A stretch of DNA of 32,432 bases from an uncultured Gammaproteobacteria bacterium (GCA_964363945.1 CAYIKF010000004.1:1-32432), one strand, 5' to 3'; shown: positions 7,640 to 16,473, counted from the stretch's first letter. Translations and numbers: made by a program. The notes: generated by a model not told the origin, from the letters alone.

Positions 7640-10555
7640 TTACGGCTTGTAGCCTCCACAAAACATTTTATATTCACAATTTTGACATAAAATTGAGCCG
7701 GAGCAGGTAAAGTCACTTGTTGCGATTTCTTGGGATACTTTGAGTATCTCTTGTTTTGCAGCGTTAAGTTGCTCTTGCGTCCGTGTTGTTGTTAATTTCT
7801 TTCCTCCCTCGAAAAAATAAAGAGAAAGTGTGAGATCCTCCGGTCTTCTTGCAAACGGCTCCTCTTTTACCTCTGTGCCAGCTAGAGCATACACTGTTAA
7901 TTGTAAATCATCTGCTAATTCTTTATCGGACGGGAGTTTTGCTCCTGTTTTATAATCAATGATTTCTATGCCATTCTTAGTTTTATCCACTCTGTCAATC
8001 TTGCCGCCGATTTTCAGACCTGCCTGCGCAGGCGGGTTTTCTATACGAAACACAAAGGGATGTTCCATAAGAATTGGGACATGTCGAGGATTAAACTCAT
8101 CTTTAAAATACTCCTCAAGGTATCCATACCCTCTTTTTTTCATTAAGCTCTCATGTTGTTTGGAGGAGTAACCCTCACGAATCCAATTCCCCCCATATAA
8201 CTTCCTAAGCTCATCAAGCGTTCCCTTTTTTCGTGCTTTGACGGTGCTATAAAAATCAGCTATTGTTTTATGAAGTGTTATCCCAAAACTTTGTGCTGCT
8301 GAAGGAGTAACAGGAACTCGGACGATATATTTTAACTTGTAATGAAGCGGGCATACTTTAAATTCTTGTATTTGTGAATAGGAAAGATAGGTAACAGGAA
8401 TTCTCACTATTTTTTCTTGCTCAACTTCGTGATCGCCCTTTGCCCACTCAAGGAGTGAAAGCTGGGTAGTTGGTGATTGGTGATCAGTGATTGGTGATTG
8501 GTTAATTGCATCAGTACCCAATGCTTCAAGAACAAAGGGCGAAAGTTTTCTTTCGCGTTTTCCTTCACCGTAATAATTAGCAGCTGTTAAAAATAATCGG
8601 TCGCGTGCGCGTGTCATCCCGACATAAAAAAGTCTTCGTTCCTCCTCGATATGATAATCACCTACCGGCAAGTCTTCTTTGATTAACTCTTCAGGAATAG
8701 GAATTTGTTCTCTGCGCTCATAGGTCGGAAAACGACCGGCAACAAGATTAACTAAAAACACAATAGGAAATTCAAGGCCTTTTGAGGAGTGAACTGTTAA
8801 GATGTACACCGCGTTAAGTCTATCCCAATCAATATCAACTGCTTGCGGTGACTCTCCCAATTCCATTGAAAGCCCAATCCAATCAACGACCGCCGTAATA
8901 CTTGCGTCCTCATGTTCTGTTTCATATGTTTTAAGTTTGTCAAAAAAACGGCTAATATTCTGAGTGCGGCGTTCTTCGAGCTGACTTTCTGGTTTTGCCA
9001 ATTTAGCTAACAGTCCTGTATCCTCAAGAAAATAAAACAAAAGTTGTCCTGCAGTCTCGCGTCGGGCTGCCTTTAAGTGTCTATTGACCATTGCGATAAA
9101 TTTATCAATTGCTTCCTTTGTCTCTTTCCTAACAAAGATTTTGTTGACATCCTCACATGCCTCAAAGAGCGAAAGATTAAAACGCCTCGCATAGTTCATA
9201 ATCGCAGCCAAATCACGTGCAGGGATATCGAAATGGTCCATGGAGAGCACGCGGTAAAGTGATATTGAATCTTCAAAGTTGTATAAAACTTTAAGATAAG
9301 CAATTAAATCTTTTATTTCTTCTTGGCGGAATAACTGACCAGGACCCAAAAATTGGAAGGGAATACCGGCTCGAGAAAATGCACGAGTGAAGGCTTCTGC
9401 ATGGTTATTGGCCCGGACTAAAATAGCAAAATCAGAGAAACTCTTATCTCCTTTTTGGACCAAAGAAAGAATTGTTTTTGCCACACGATCTGCTTCGTTC
9501 TCAACTCTGTCTGTATATAAAAATTCAATCTGTTCCCCTTTTTTCTTTCGTGCAGAAACAAGTTTTTTATCAATCTTTTCTTTTACCTCAAGTCTGTCTG
9601 GATTGTTGTGTTGAACAAGTTGATATGCTCTGTCTAGAATCTCTTGGGTTGAACGATAATTCTCGGTTAGGGTAATAATCTTTGCTTTTGGAAAGTGTTT
9701 GCGAAATTGCATCACATTTGAAACCGCTGCGCCCCGAAATCTGTAAATGCTTTGGTCATCGTCTGCTACGGCTGTAATGTTCGCCCGTTTTCCCGCAAGT
9801 AAAATTGCTAACTCATTTTGAGCATAGTTTGTATCTTGGAATTCATCAACTAAAATGTATTTAAATTGTTCTTTATACCGTTTCAAAATGGCAGGACGAC
9901 GCCGAAAAAGGAGTAGTGCGTTGGTAATTAAATCACCGAAGTCCATAACTCCCTCTTTTACCTTTAACTCTGTGTATTTCTGATACGCTTTTGCCAACTC
10001 CACATACTTTTCAATTTCCTCTTTTTCATACTTTTCGCTTTTAGCTTTTCGCTTTTCGCCCACCCACTTTATGTAATCAGTGGGCGTCACATCCTCATCC
10101 TGGAGTCGAGAAAAATGCTGCAGCATTCCACCAACAAATTTTGTTGGATTGCCTAGAGGTCTAAAGTAGGAAAGCTCAAAAGAAAAAAGATTGGCTCGTA
10201 TAAGTTGTGTTGCTTCCGCTTCTGTTAAGAGGCGGTAATTCGTTGGCAATCCAATAGCAAGCGCTTCAGTACGCAAAATCCGATCGCAAAACGCATGGAA
10301 GGTTGATATCCACATTTGGGTATAGCCATAGGGGACTGCAATATCAACACGCTCCTCCATCTCACGTGCCGCCTTTTCAGTAAAGGTAAGAGCTAGAATC
10401 TCAGAGGGCAACGCTTGCTCTGTGACAATCAAATGTTTAATTCGTTCTGTTACAACCGTGGTCTTCCCCGTCCCCGCACCAGCAATAATCAACAGCGGCC
10501 CACCTTTGTAGGTCACTGCTTGTTGCTGCTCTTTATTAAGTTCAATATCATCCAT
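7640..10555 (-). CDS. UvrD-family helicase fused to a C-terminal PD-(D/E)XK (RecB/AddA/AdnAB-like) nuclease with a putative 4-Cys Fe-S site
   Basis: AGAGTGKT, VDEFQDTN, TVHSSKGLEF, EEERRLFYVGMTRA; C-terminus SYSQI..CPLHY, GKIDRVD, IIDYKTG, QLTVYA, CQNCEYKMFC. Confidence 0.93.
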   Translation of the reverse strand: MDDIELNKEQQQAVTYKGGPLLIIAGAGTGKTTVVTERIKHLIVTEQALPSEILALTFTEKAAREMEERVDIAVPYGYTQMWISTFHAFCDRILRTEALAIGLPTNYRLLTEAEATQLIRANLFSFELSYFRPLGNPTKFVGGMLQHFSRLQDEDVTPTDYIKWVGEKRKAKSEKYEKEEIEKYVELAKAYQKYTELKVKEGVMDFGDLITNALLLFRRRPAILKRYKEQFKYILVDEFQDTNYAQNELAILLAGKRANITAVADDDQSIYRFRGAAVSNVMQFRKHFPKAKIITLTENYRSTQEILDRAYQLVQHNNPDRLEVKEKIDKKLVSARKKKGEQIEFLYTDRVENEADRVAKTILSLVQKGDKSFSDFAILVRANNHAEAFTRAFSRAGIPFQFLGPGQLFRQEEIKDLIAYLKVLYNFEDSISLYRVLSMDHFDIPARDLAAIMNYARRFNLSLFEACEDVNKIFVRKETKEAIDKFIAMVNRHLKAARRETAGQLLFYFLEDTGLLAKLAKPESQLEERRTQNISRFFDKLKTYETEHEDASITAVVDWIGLSMELGESPQAVDIDWDRLNAVYILTVHSSKGLEFPIVFLVNLVAGRFPTYERREQIPIPEELIKEDLPVGDYHIEEERRLFYVGMTRARDRLFLTAANYYGEGKRERKLSPFVLEALGTDAINQSPITDHQSPTTQLSLLEWAKGDHEVEQEKIVRIPVTYLSYSQIQEFKVCPLHYKLKYIVRVPVTPSAAQSFGITLHKTIADFYSTVKARKKGTLDELRKLYGGNWIREGYSSKQHESLMKKRGYGYLEEYFKDEFNPRHVPILMEHPFVFRIENPPAQAGLKIGGKIDRVDKTKNGIEIIDYKTGAKLPSDKELADDLQLTVYALAGTEVKEEPFARRPEDLTLSLYFFEGGKKLTTTRTQEQLNAAKQEILKVSQEIATSDFTCSGSILCQNCEYKMFCGGYKP
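8019..8036. repeat. 18-bp near-perfect palindrome CCTGCCTGCGCAGGCGGG, in frame (PPAQAG on the minus strand)
   Basis: Second copy of 6680-6697; removal gives IENLKIGGKID. Confidence 0.92.
8463..8504. repeat. TTGGTGA heptamer array (6 units) in the helicase-nuclease linker
   Basis: tgggtag ttggtga ttggtga tcagtga ttggtga ttggtta; encodes NQSPITDHQSPTTQ; the reverse-complement unit TCACCAA matches the pcrA array unit. Confidence 0.9.
10031..10058. repeat. CTTTTCG heptamer array (4 units)
   Basis: cttttcg cttttag cttttcg cttttcg; encodes GEKRKAKSEK. Confidence 0.88.
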
Positions 10556-10613
10556 GTCTCGTAAAGTATACAGCAGCTGTCTTGTAGTTTGAAGCTATGT
10601 GTGAGGACTATTG

Positions 10614-10686
10614 CGGAGTTTTTGTTCTTTGCTGAATCAATTCGTGTGCAAAGCGAATAAGTTCTTTTGCTCCAACAAAACTACCG
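10614..10686. repeat. Structured intergenic element downstream of the putative DGR target gene
   Basis: Imperfect terminal inverted repeat cggagtttttgtt / aacaaaactaccg, inner ATTCG..CGAAT stem (10640-10658), direct repeat GTTCTTT(T)GCT at 10624 and 10661. Confidence 0.55.
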
Positions 10687-10695
10687 AGAAATCAA

Positions 10696-11481
10696 TTACC
10701 CAGTCTTTTTAACTTTCACTACCCAACGAGCGGCCCCGAGAAAGGCATCGGCCCTGTAAGCATTCCAGTCAGGGACGTAAGGACCATAAACGGCAAAGAA
10801 GTGGCCGACAATGGCAATGAAGGGGCCAGATTTATTGATAGGAGTATTAGTTCGAATGTAGCGCCAATATCGAGTTTCTGGATTTGGATCACGATAATCT
10901 TCGCCAAGTAAACGGACACCTGTGGCGTCAAAATGTTTAAACATGACTTCAGTAACCTCTGGAGCTTCAGGTAAAATCTCCTCTAAGCCTTCTATCCCAA
11001 GTCTTGCTTGCAGTTCTTGCCCATCTTTTTTTACTAGTTCCTCTTGTGTTGCTTTTAACTGACTAAAGGTACCAGGAACAAAAAATCTTTCTGGGTCAGG
11101 ATAAATAGCTACCTCCATTATTCTTGAAGGTGTAGTAAGTACTCTTTTTGCGGAAACCACATGCAAAAACCTTCTCCCACCTTCTTTTTGACCTTGGATT
11201 TTTTGTCCCTCCAAGGTATACACTAGTGCTCCATCTGTTCTGAGCTTTTCTTTATCCTCATCAGTAAATGGTTCAAAGCTAAATCCTGTTTCAACAGTAA
11301 CTAATCCTTCGCTTGTGGGAGATGAAGCTACTTTAGGTAATCTGGTAGAAAGCCAACCTTTTTTGACGGCAAAATCAATAGCTCTTCTTAAAGATTGTAA
11401 AATTGCAGCAGCTTCCAGACCTTCAAGTCCAGCTGCTCGTCTTTCGTCTTGAGCAATAATATCTCTTATTTCTTTTGCCAT
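10696..11481 (-). CDS. Hypothetical protein, candidate DGR target with a C-type-lectin-like variable C-terminus
   Basis: 261-aa ORF with its own promoter; C-terminus VGHFFAVYGPYVPDWNAYRADAFLGAARWVV; 32 of 35 codons in 10726-10830 end in C/T and none ends in A. Confidence 0.72.
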   Translation of the reverse strand: MAKEIRDIIAQDERRAAGLEGLEAAAILQSLRRAIDFAVKKGWLSTRLPKVASSPTSEGLVTVETGFSFEPFTDEDKEKLRTDGALVYTLEGQKIQGQKEGGRRFLHVVSAKRVLTTPSRIMEVAIYPDPERFFVPGTFSQLKATQEELVKKDGQELQARLGIEGLEEILPEAPEVTEVMFKHFDATGVRLLGEDYRDPNPETRYWRYIRTNTPINKSGPFIAIVGHFFAVYGPYVPDWNAYRADAFLGAARWVVKVKKTG

Positions 11482-11490
11482 ACGGCTTGT

Positions 11491-11520
11491 ATACTATCAC
11501 TCTCGTGGGTTCATTGTCAA
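11491..11520 (-). promoter_or_regulatory. Sigma70-type promoter for 10696-11481
   Basis: Minus strand TTGACA-18 nt-TAGTAT with a TGn extension, 9 nt before the ATG. Confidence 0.65.
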
Positions 11521-11540
11521 ATCTGGCAGGAACCTAACAC

Positions 11541-12650
11541 TCACGAGGGCATATCAAGCTGTTTTACTTCCCCCCGGGCCTTGGCTCCGCCCATTGAGGG
11601 GCTCTGCCCTGGAGGTAGGCCCTCTCCCCGAGTCTTGAGACTCTCTGAGCCGGAGACTGGGCTGGAGGCTTCTTTCGTCTCTCTACCGAGGGCTTGGGTT
11701 GATGAAATTTTCTGCCCCAACTGGGTAAAACTGCCTACCACTTGCGACATCATGTTGTATGAATTGGTAACATGGCGTCCAAGGGTAGTTAGATTATCCT
11801 CAACTTTGTTGTAATCTTTTTGAATTGCGCGAATAGCAGCTAAAATTTCTTTTGCCCGTTGCTCAATCTTCTGTCCTTCAAGTGACATTAAGATCGCCTT
11901 AAGGTATGCATAAAACGTTGAGGGGGAAACAGGCATCACTGCCTTTTTTGCTGCATAATCGAAGATGTCAGCGTTATTAACGACTTCGTAATAGACTGCT
12001 TCGGAGGGAAGATACATTAATGCAAACGGATATGTCCCTTCCTCATCAAGAATATATTTGGACGAGATTGCGTCGATATGTCCCTTCAAATCACGAATAA
12101 ATTCTTTCTCATATGTTTTCTTCTCTGCGTCTGTTTGTGCCCCCGCCATCTTCCTGAAATTCTCCATTGGGAATTTCGCATCAACCGGAATAATCCCGTT
12201 GCCGGTTTTAATAGCAGCATCAACGGTTGCACCAGAGCGGAAACTGTATTGTAAACTAAATGATTGCTTGGGAAGCATTTGTCCTAACAGCTCTTTCAAA
12301 ACCTGCTCCCCAATGTTTCCTCGCAATTTTGGACTTCGCAAGAATTCTGATAACTCACGCATATTCCGTCCAATCTCTGACATTTCACCGACTCCTTTTT
12401 GTACGCCTGCTATTACTCGTGCGGCAGCATCCAATCGTTCATTAAGTGAACGGGTATTTGCTTGAAGGGTTTGATGGAATGTTTTGCTCTGATCCTCTAA
12501 ACGTTGATTTGTACTCTTAAGCCATTCAACAAGCTCATCCGAGGGTTTTTGCTTTTCTGACAGTTCTTGGAGTCGCTTGTTTAAAAACAAAATAATAAGA
12601 CCAATCCCAGCTACAAACAAGATGATAAAAAGAAGAACATCCTGACTCAT
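11541..12650 (-). CDS. rmuC: DNA recombination protein RmuC family
   Basis: N-terminal TM plus coiled coil; KLRGNIGEQVL, PVDAKFP, FALMYLPSEAVY, PVSPST motifs. Confidence 0.92.
   Translation of the reverse strand: MSQDVLLFIILFVAGIGLIILFLNKRLQELSEKQKPSDELVEWLKSTNQRLEDQSKTFHQTLQANTRSLNERLDAAARVIAGVQKGVGEMSEIGRNMRELSEFLRSPKLRGNIGEQVLKELLGQMLPKQSFSLQYSFRSGATVDAAIKTGNGIIPVDAKFPMENFRKMAGAQTDAEKKTYEKEFIRDLKGHIDAISSKYILDEEGTYPFALMYLPSEAVYYEVVNNADIFDYAAKKAVMPVSPSTFYAYLKAILMSLEGQKIEQRAKEILAAIRAIQKDYNKVEDNLTTLGRHVTNSYNMMSQVVGSFTQLGQKISSTQALGRETKEASSPVSGSESLKTRGEGLPPGQSPSMGGAKARGEVKQLDMPS
11567..11672. mobile_element. 102-nt GC-rich structured in-frame insertion (MITE/REP-like candidate) in the rmuC 3' end
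   Basis: CTTC direct repeats at 11567-70 and 11669-72; about 69% GC between them (manual count 68/98); internal GAGTCT-tg-AGACTC hairpin; removal gives RETKEVKQLDM. Confidence 0.6.
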
Positions 12651-12657
12651 CCCTGAA

Positions 12658-12666
12658 ATTTTACCA
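12658..12666 (-). promoter_or_regulatory. Extended -10 for rmuC (leaderless candidate)
   Basis: Minus strand TGG-TAAAAT, 7 nt before the ATG at 12650; no SD. Confidence 0.6.
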
Positions 12667-12680
12667 GAATAGGATTAAAA

Positions 12681-12718
12681 TAACAATTAACCATATAGCT
12701 ATTTAACCATCAAACTAT
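12681..12718. repeat. Octamer array (AACCATnn-like) running into the start codon of the small membrane gene
   Basis: taacaatt aaccatat agctattt aaccatca aactAT(G). Confidence 0.6.
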
Positions 12719-12959
12719 GAAATATCGCCGAAACTTTCTCACGTCTCTTCTTATTACCGTCCTATTATGGATAGTAATTAGCGTAATCGTATTTTTTGTT
12801 TCTCCTGACACGTTTTGGGAACCTCCTTTATTTTTCGTTACTTTCTTTACTGCTACCTTATTTACAGTATCCTTGCTCACTAATCGAATGATAGGGCTCA
12901 TCACGAGCATCCTCGTTACTCTCATCCTCTTATTACGCTACTTTGGCTTCAGATTTTAA
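12717..12959 (+). CDS. Small membrane protein (80 aa, about 3 TM), unknown function
   Basis: ATG-start hydrophobic ORF that fills the gap between rmuC and the next promoter. Confidence 0.75.
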   Translation: MKYRRNFLTSLLITVLLWIVISVIVFFVSPDTFWEPPLFFVTFFTATLFTVSLLTNRMIGLITSILVTLILLLRYFGFRF

Positions 12960-12987
12960 TCAATTAAAACTATTCAGGACCTGGTCA

Positions 12988-13016
12988 TTGACTAATTAAA
13001 ACTCCTATGGTAAACT
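12988..13016 (+). promoter_or_regulatory. Sigma70-type promoter
   Basis: TTGACT-17 nt-TAAACT with a TGn extension, 9 nt before the ATG at 13026. Confidence 0.7.
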
Positions 13017-13025
13017 TCGCGCGAA

Positions 13026-13379
13026 ATGAGAGTGTCGAAGCGGAAAATAAACAGTGCTCTTGAACGTGAGCTTTTTGGGATGTTTTACCAGCTTATTGCC
13101 GATTTGAAAACCAAAGATGAGGCCAAACAGGTATTCGAAGATTTTCTTGGTAAGACAGAGGTTGAAACTTTTGTAAAACGACTCGGTATCATCTACTGGC
13201 TTTCAAAAGGACGCAGCGTATCAAATATAAGAGAAAATCTTGCTGTGTCATCTGCTACTATTGAATCGATGAAACACCAAATAAACAAATCAAATGGCCT
13301 GAAACTCGCACTTAAGAAAATCACTGCTGATGAATGGGCAACAAGGTGGGCGGAGAGAATAAAGAAGTTAGTTAAGTAA
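13026..13379 (+). CDS. TrpR/YerC-YecD-like helix-turn-helix protein
   Basis: F..FL..TE...KRL.I..WL..G.S...I...L.VSSATI pattern typical of the TrpR-like family. Confidence 0.8.
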   Translation: MRVSKRKINSALERELFGMFYQLIADLKTKDEAKQVFEDFLGKTEVETFVKRLGIIYWLSKGRSVSNIRENLAVSSATIESMKHQINKSNGLKLALKKITADEWATRWAERIKKLVK

Positions 13380-13426
13380 GAACCTTGCTTTTAGCAAGAA
13401 CCTTGTTTCTCGCGTTGCTCGAAATA
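13374..13426. repeat. AGAACC-hairpin element, copy 1 (starts over the TrpR-like stop codon, embedded in a TAGTTAAn octamer array 13369-13456)
   Basis: aagtaAGAACCTTGcttttagcaAGAACCTTGtttctcgcgttgctcgaaata; aligns with 27201-27253. Confidence 0.8.
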
Positions 13427-13453
13427 GCTAACTAGTTAATTAGTGAATTAGAT

Positions 13454-13475
13454 AAGCCCTGAAAAGGGCTTTTTT
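13454..13475 (+). terminator. Intrinsic terminator
   Basis: AAGCCCT-GAAA-AGGGCTT-TTTT. Confidence 0.8.
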
Positions 13476-13477
13476 AG

Positions 13478-13483
13478 TATAAT
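13478..13483 (+). promoter_or_regulatory. -10 box for leaderless metG
   Basis: TATAAT, 6 nt before the ATG at 13490; no SD. Confidence 0.65.
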
Positions 13484-13489
13484 AAAAAC

Positions 13490-14890
13490 ATGAACAAATT
13501 TTTTGTGACAACACCATTATATTATGTCAACGACGTTCCCCACGTGGGGCATGCATACACCACAATTACAGCAGATGTCATTGCTCGTTATTGGCGACAA
13601 AAATTAGGTAAAAAAAATGTATTCTTCTTAACAGGAACTGATGAACATGGATCGAATGTTGCCCAAGCAGCAGAAAAAGCTGGTAAATCACCCAAGGAAT
13701 ACGCAGACGAGATAGCTCCCAGATTTGCCGAAGCATGGAAACTTCTAAATATAGACTATGATTTCTTTATAAGAACTACTGATCCTCGCCACGAAAAAAT
13801 TGCTCGAGAAGTTTTGCAAAAAATCTATGATAACGGGTGGATTTATGAAGGGCTTTATGAAGGATTTTATTGCGTTGGTTGCGAGAAATTTTTAACAGAG
13901 GCAGATATCATAGATAAAAAATGTCCTTTACACCCAACAAGAAAATTAATCTATCAAAAAGAAAAAAATTATTTCTTTAAATTAAGTAGATTTGCTCCTG
14001 AGATTCTAAGTGAGATAAAAAGTGGCGAATACGAAATATTACCAGAAGCTCGAAAAAACGAGGTTATTGGTCGATTAGAACAAGGCGTTCAGGATATTTC
14101 AATAAGTCGTGCGGGCGTTGCTTGGGGAATTTCAGTCCCATGGAATAAATCACAAACCATTTACGTATGGGTCGAAGCCCTATTTAATTACTACACAGCA
14201 ACTCAATTTCTTGTCGGAAAGAAAAATTTTTGGCCAGCAGATCTTCATTTAATTGGTAAAGACATCCTCTGGTTTCATGCCGTTATTTGGCCAGCACTAC
14301 TCCTTGCAGCCAAACTTCCACTCCCAAAGCAGTTATTCGCCCACGGATTTTTTACAATTGATGGACAAAAGATGTCTAAGAGTCTCGGAAATGTCATCTC
14401 ACCAAAACAGTTAGTTGATAAGTATGGATTAGACGGCACGCGCTATCTTTTGCTTTCCGCCTATCAATTCGGCAGCGACGGAGATTTATCACTTCCTAAA
14501 TTTGACGAGAAATACAATGCTGATCTAGCCAATGGCCTAGGAAATTTAGTTGCTCGCGTTACTAAATTGTGTGATACAACCAACTTGTCCCTTCCAGATA
14601 AAGAATTAACAATATCTTCTCCCGTGGCCCAAAGAATAGAAGAATATAGATTTAACGATGCGTTAGGAGTTATATGGGCAGTCATTGCAGAAGCAAACAG
14701 AAGTTTCAATGAAGATAAACCTTGGGAATTAAAGGGAAAGCCCTTAAATGAAGTGTTAACCAAGCAAATTATAAGAATTGGACAAGTGGCTACTGACCTC
14801 CAACCATTCCTTCCGGAAACTTCAGAAAAAATCCTTAAACAATTTTCTGGTAAAATTAAATCACAACCACCGCTTTTCCCTCGAATTTAG
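13490..14890 (+). CDS. metG: Methionine--tRNA ligase (short form without the C-terminal dimerisation domain)
   Basis: YYVNDVPHVGHAY, TGTDEHG, CVGCE..CPLH knuckle, IGKDILWFH, KMSKSLGN. Confidence 0.96.
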   Translation: MNKFFVTTPLYYVNDVPHVGHAYTTITADVIARYWRQKLGKKNVFFLTGTDEHGSNVAQAAEKAGKSPKEYADEIAPRFAEAWKLLNIDYDFFIRTTDPRHEKIAREVLQKIYDNGWIYEGLYEGFYCVGCEKFLTEADIIDKKCPLHPTRKLIYQKEKNYFFKLSRFAPEILSEIKSGEYEILPEARKNEVIGRLEQGVQDISISRAGVAWGISVPWNKSQTIYVWVEALFNYYTATQFLVGKKNFWPADLHLIGKDILWFHAVIWPALLLAAKLPLPKQLFAHGFFTIDGQKMSKSLGNVISPKQLVDKYGLDGTRYLLLSAYQFGSDGDLSLPKFDEKYNADLANGLGNLVARVTKLCDTTNLSLPDKELTISSPVAQRIEEYRFNDALGVIWAVIAEANRSFNEDKPWELKGKPLNEVLTKQIIRIGQVATDLQPFLPETSEKILKQFSGKIKSQPPLFPRI

Positions 14891-14898
14891 ACGATTAT

Positions 14899-14927
14899 TT
14901 GCAAGAAAAGGCCAATAAGATTACAAT
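14899..14927 (+). promoter_or_regulatory. Sigma70-type promoter
   Basis: TTGCAA-17 nt-TACAAT, which implies the true start is ATG 14938 rather than TTG 14899. Confidence 0.6.
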
Positions 14928-14937
14928 TACACTTGAT

Positions 14938-16443
14938 ATGGTACGTCAATTACTTGACCATCATGAAAGTAAATTTCAACGAATGCTCGAAATTTTGCCG
15001 GGGAGCTTGGCGTGGGGAATCATCTTCTTTCCAGCAATAGGCGGATTCTTCATACCTGAAGTCGTTGCATATGCTGTAATAATTTTCCTTGCTTATTGGT
15101 TCTACCGTTCTTTCCAGTCGGCAATCTTGGGAGTGAGAGGCTATTTTTTACTAAAAACTTGGGAAAAGACTAATTGGCAAAAAAAATGGCAAAGCTTTAA
15201 GGGTTATAAAGTTGCTTGGGATGAAATTAAACACGTAATCCTTATCCCAAATTATAACGAATCGGCAGAAAAAATAGCCGGGACGCTAAACTCACTCGCT
15301 AGTCAAAAACAAATCGACCTTAAAAGTTTACTCGTGTTTTTAGCGATGGAGGAAAGGGCTCAGGACTCCCCAGAGCGAGCAAAAAAACTTCTGAAGGAAT
15401 TTCGTGGCAAGTTTGGAGGACTTTACACGACATTTCATCCTGACGGAATAGTCGGCGAAGTGCGAGGAAAGGCCTCAAATGAAGCATGGGCGGCAAAGGA
15501 AGCTAAAAAAATTCTTGATAAAGGAAGTATTGATATTAAAAATGTAACCGCGACCTCCTGTGATGCCGACACAAACTTTCATTCGCTCTATTTTGCTAGC
15601 CTAACTTATTATTTTGCGACAAATAGTTCTCGTTACCTTCGCTTCTGGCAATCGCCTATCTTTTGGTACAACAACCTAGCACGCATCCCCTTCCCAATCA
15701 GGATTGTTGGTGTAATTGGACACGCAATTCACTTGGCGTCGCTTCAGGAACCTACAAGGCTTATTTTTAACTATTCTTGTTATTCGCTCTCATTTAAATT
15801 ACTAAACGATGTTGGCTACTGGCACACAGATATTATTCCTGAAGACTGGCACCTTTTCTTACAAACATTTTTTGCGAAGAAAGGGAAAATTGAGGTAGAA
15901 CCACTTTTTTTGCCAACAAGCATTGATGCGGCAGAATCAAAAACGTGGCTTGGTTCTTTGAAGAACAGATACGAGCAATGCAAACGCCATGCGTGGGGAG
16001 CAACAGACATCGCATATGCTGTCAAAGAGGCAATAAGACATCCTGAGATACCCCGTTTAACTCGCTTTCTTCGCATTTATAAATTAATTGAAACCCATCT
16101 TATTTGGTCAACAAATTGGTTTATACTAACGCTTGGTGCCACCTTGCCCGTAATCCTTAATCCTGCATTTTCTCGCACAGCGCTTGGATACAACTTACCA
16201 AAGCTTGCAGAAAGTGTACTTACTATTTGTTTGGTGGCACTTTTGGTTATGATTGCACTTGACTTCTTGCTACGACCTCAACACGCACGACCCAAAAATT
16301 TCTTTGCCGTAGTGCGAGAAGTACTTCAGTGGGTAACGCTTCCTCTCTCAACACTGACTATGTCAGTCATCCCCGGTCTTGACTCCCAAACCCGTCTCAT
16401 GTTCGGCCGCCGCCTCGAATATAGAGTAACTGAGAAGGTGTAA
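14938..16443 (+). CDS. Membrane GT2-family glycosyltransferase (cellulose-synthase-like catalytic motifs)
   Basis: IPNYNE, GKASN, CDADT, IIPEDW, QCKRHAWG (a QxxRW variant); TMs at both ends. Confidence 0.88.
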   Translation: MVRQLLDHHESKFQRMLEILPGSLAWGIIFFPAIGGFFIPEVVAYAVIIFLAYWFYRSFQSAILGVRGYFLLKTWEKTNWQKKWQSFKGYKVAWDEIKHVILIPNYNESAEKIAGTLNSLASQKQIDLKSLLVFLAMEERAQDSPERAKKLLKEFRGKFGGLYTTFHPDGIVGEVRGKASNEAWAAKEAKKILDKGSIDIKNVTATSCDADTNFHSLYFASLTYYFATNSSRYLRFWQSPIFWYNNLARIPFPIRIVGVIGHAIHLASLQEPTRLIFNYSCYSLSFKLLNDVGYWHTDIIPEDWHLFLQTFFAKKGKIEVEPLFLPTSIDAAESKTWLGSLKNRYEQCKRHAWGATDIAYAVKEAIRHPEIPRLTRFLRIYKLIETHLIWSTNWFILTLGATLPVILNPAFSRTALGYNLPKLAESVLTICLVALLVMIALDFLLRPQHARPKNFFAVVREVLQWVTLPLSTLTMSVIPGLDSQTRLMFGRRLEYRVTEKV

Positions 16444-16458
16444 ACTCTATTTCACTTT

Positions 16459-16467
16459 TGCTACAAT
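16459..16467 (+). promoter_or_regulatory. Extended -10 (leaderless candidate)
   Basis: TGC-TACAAT, 6 nt before the ATG at 16474. Confidence 0.65.
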
Positions 16468-16473
16468 AAATTA

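Noticed and set aside
10560-11540. Complete DGR locus in the window
   Set aside because: No RT, avd or AAC-rich template repeat was found in the spacers; only the target-like gene is reported.
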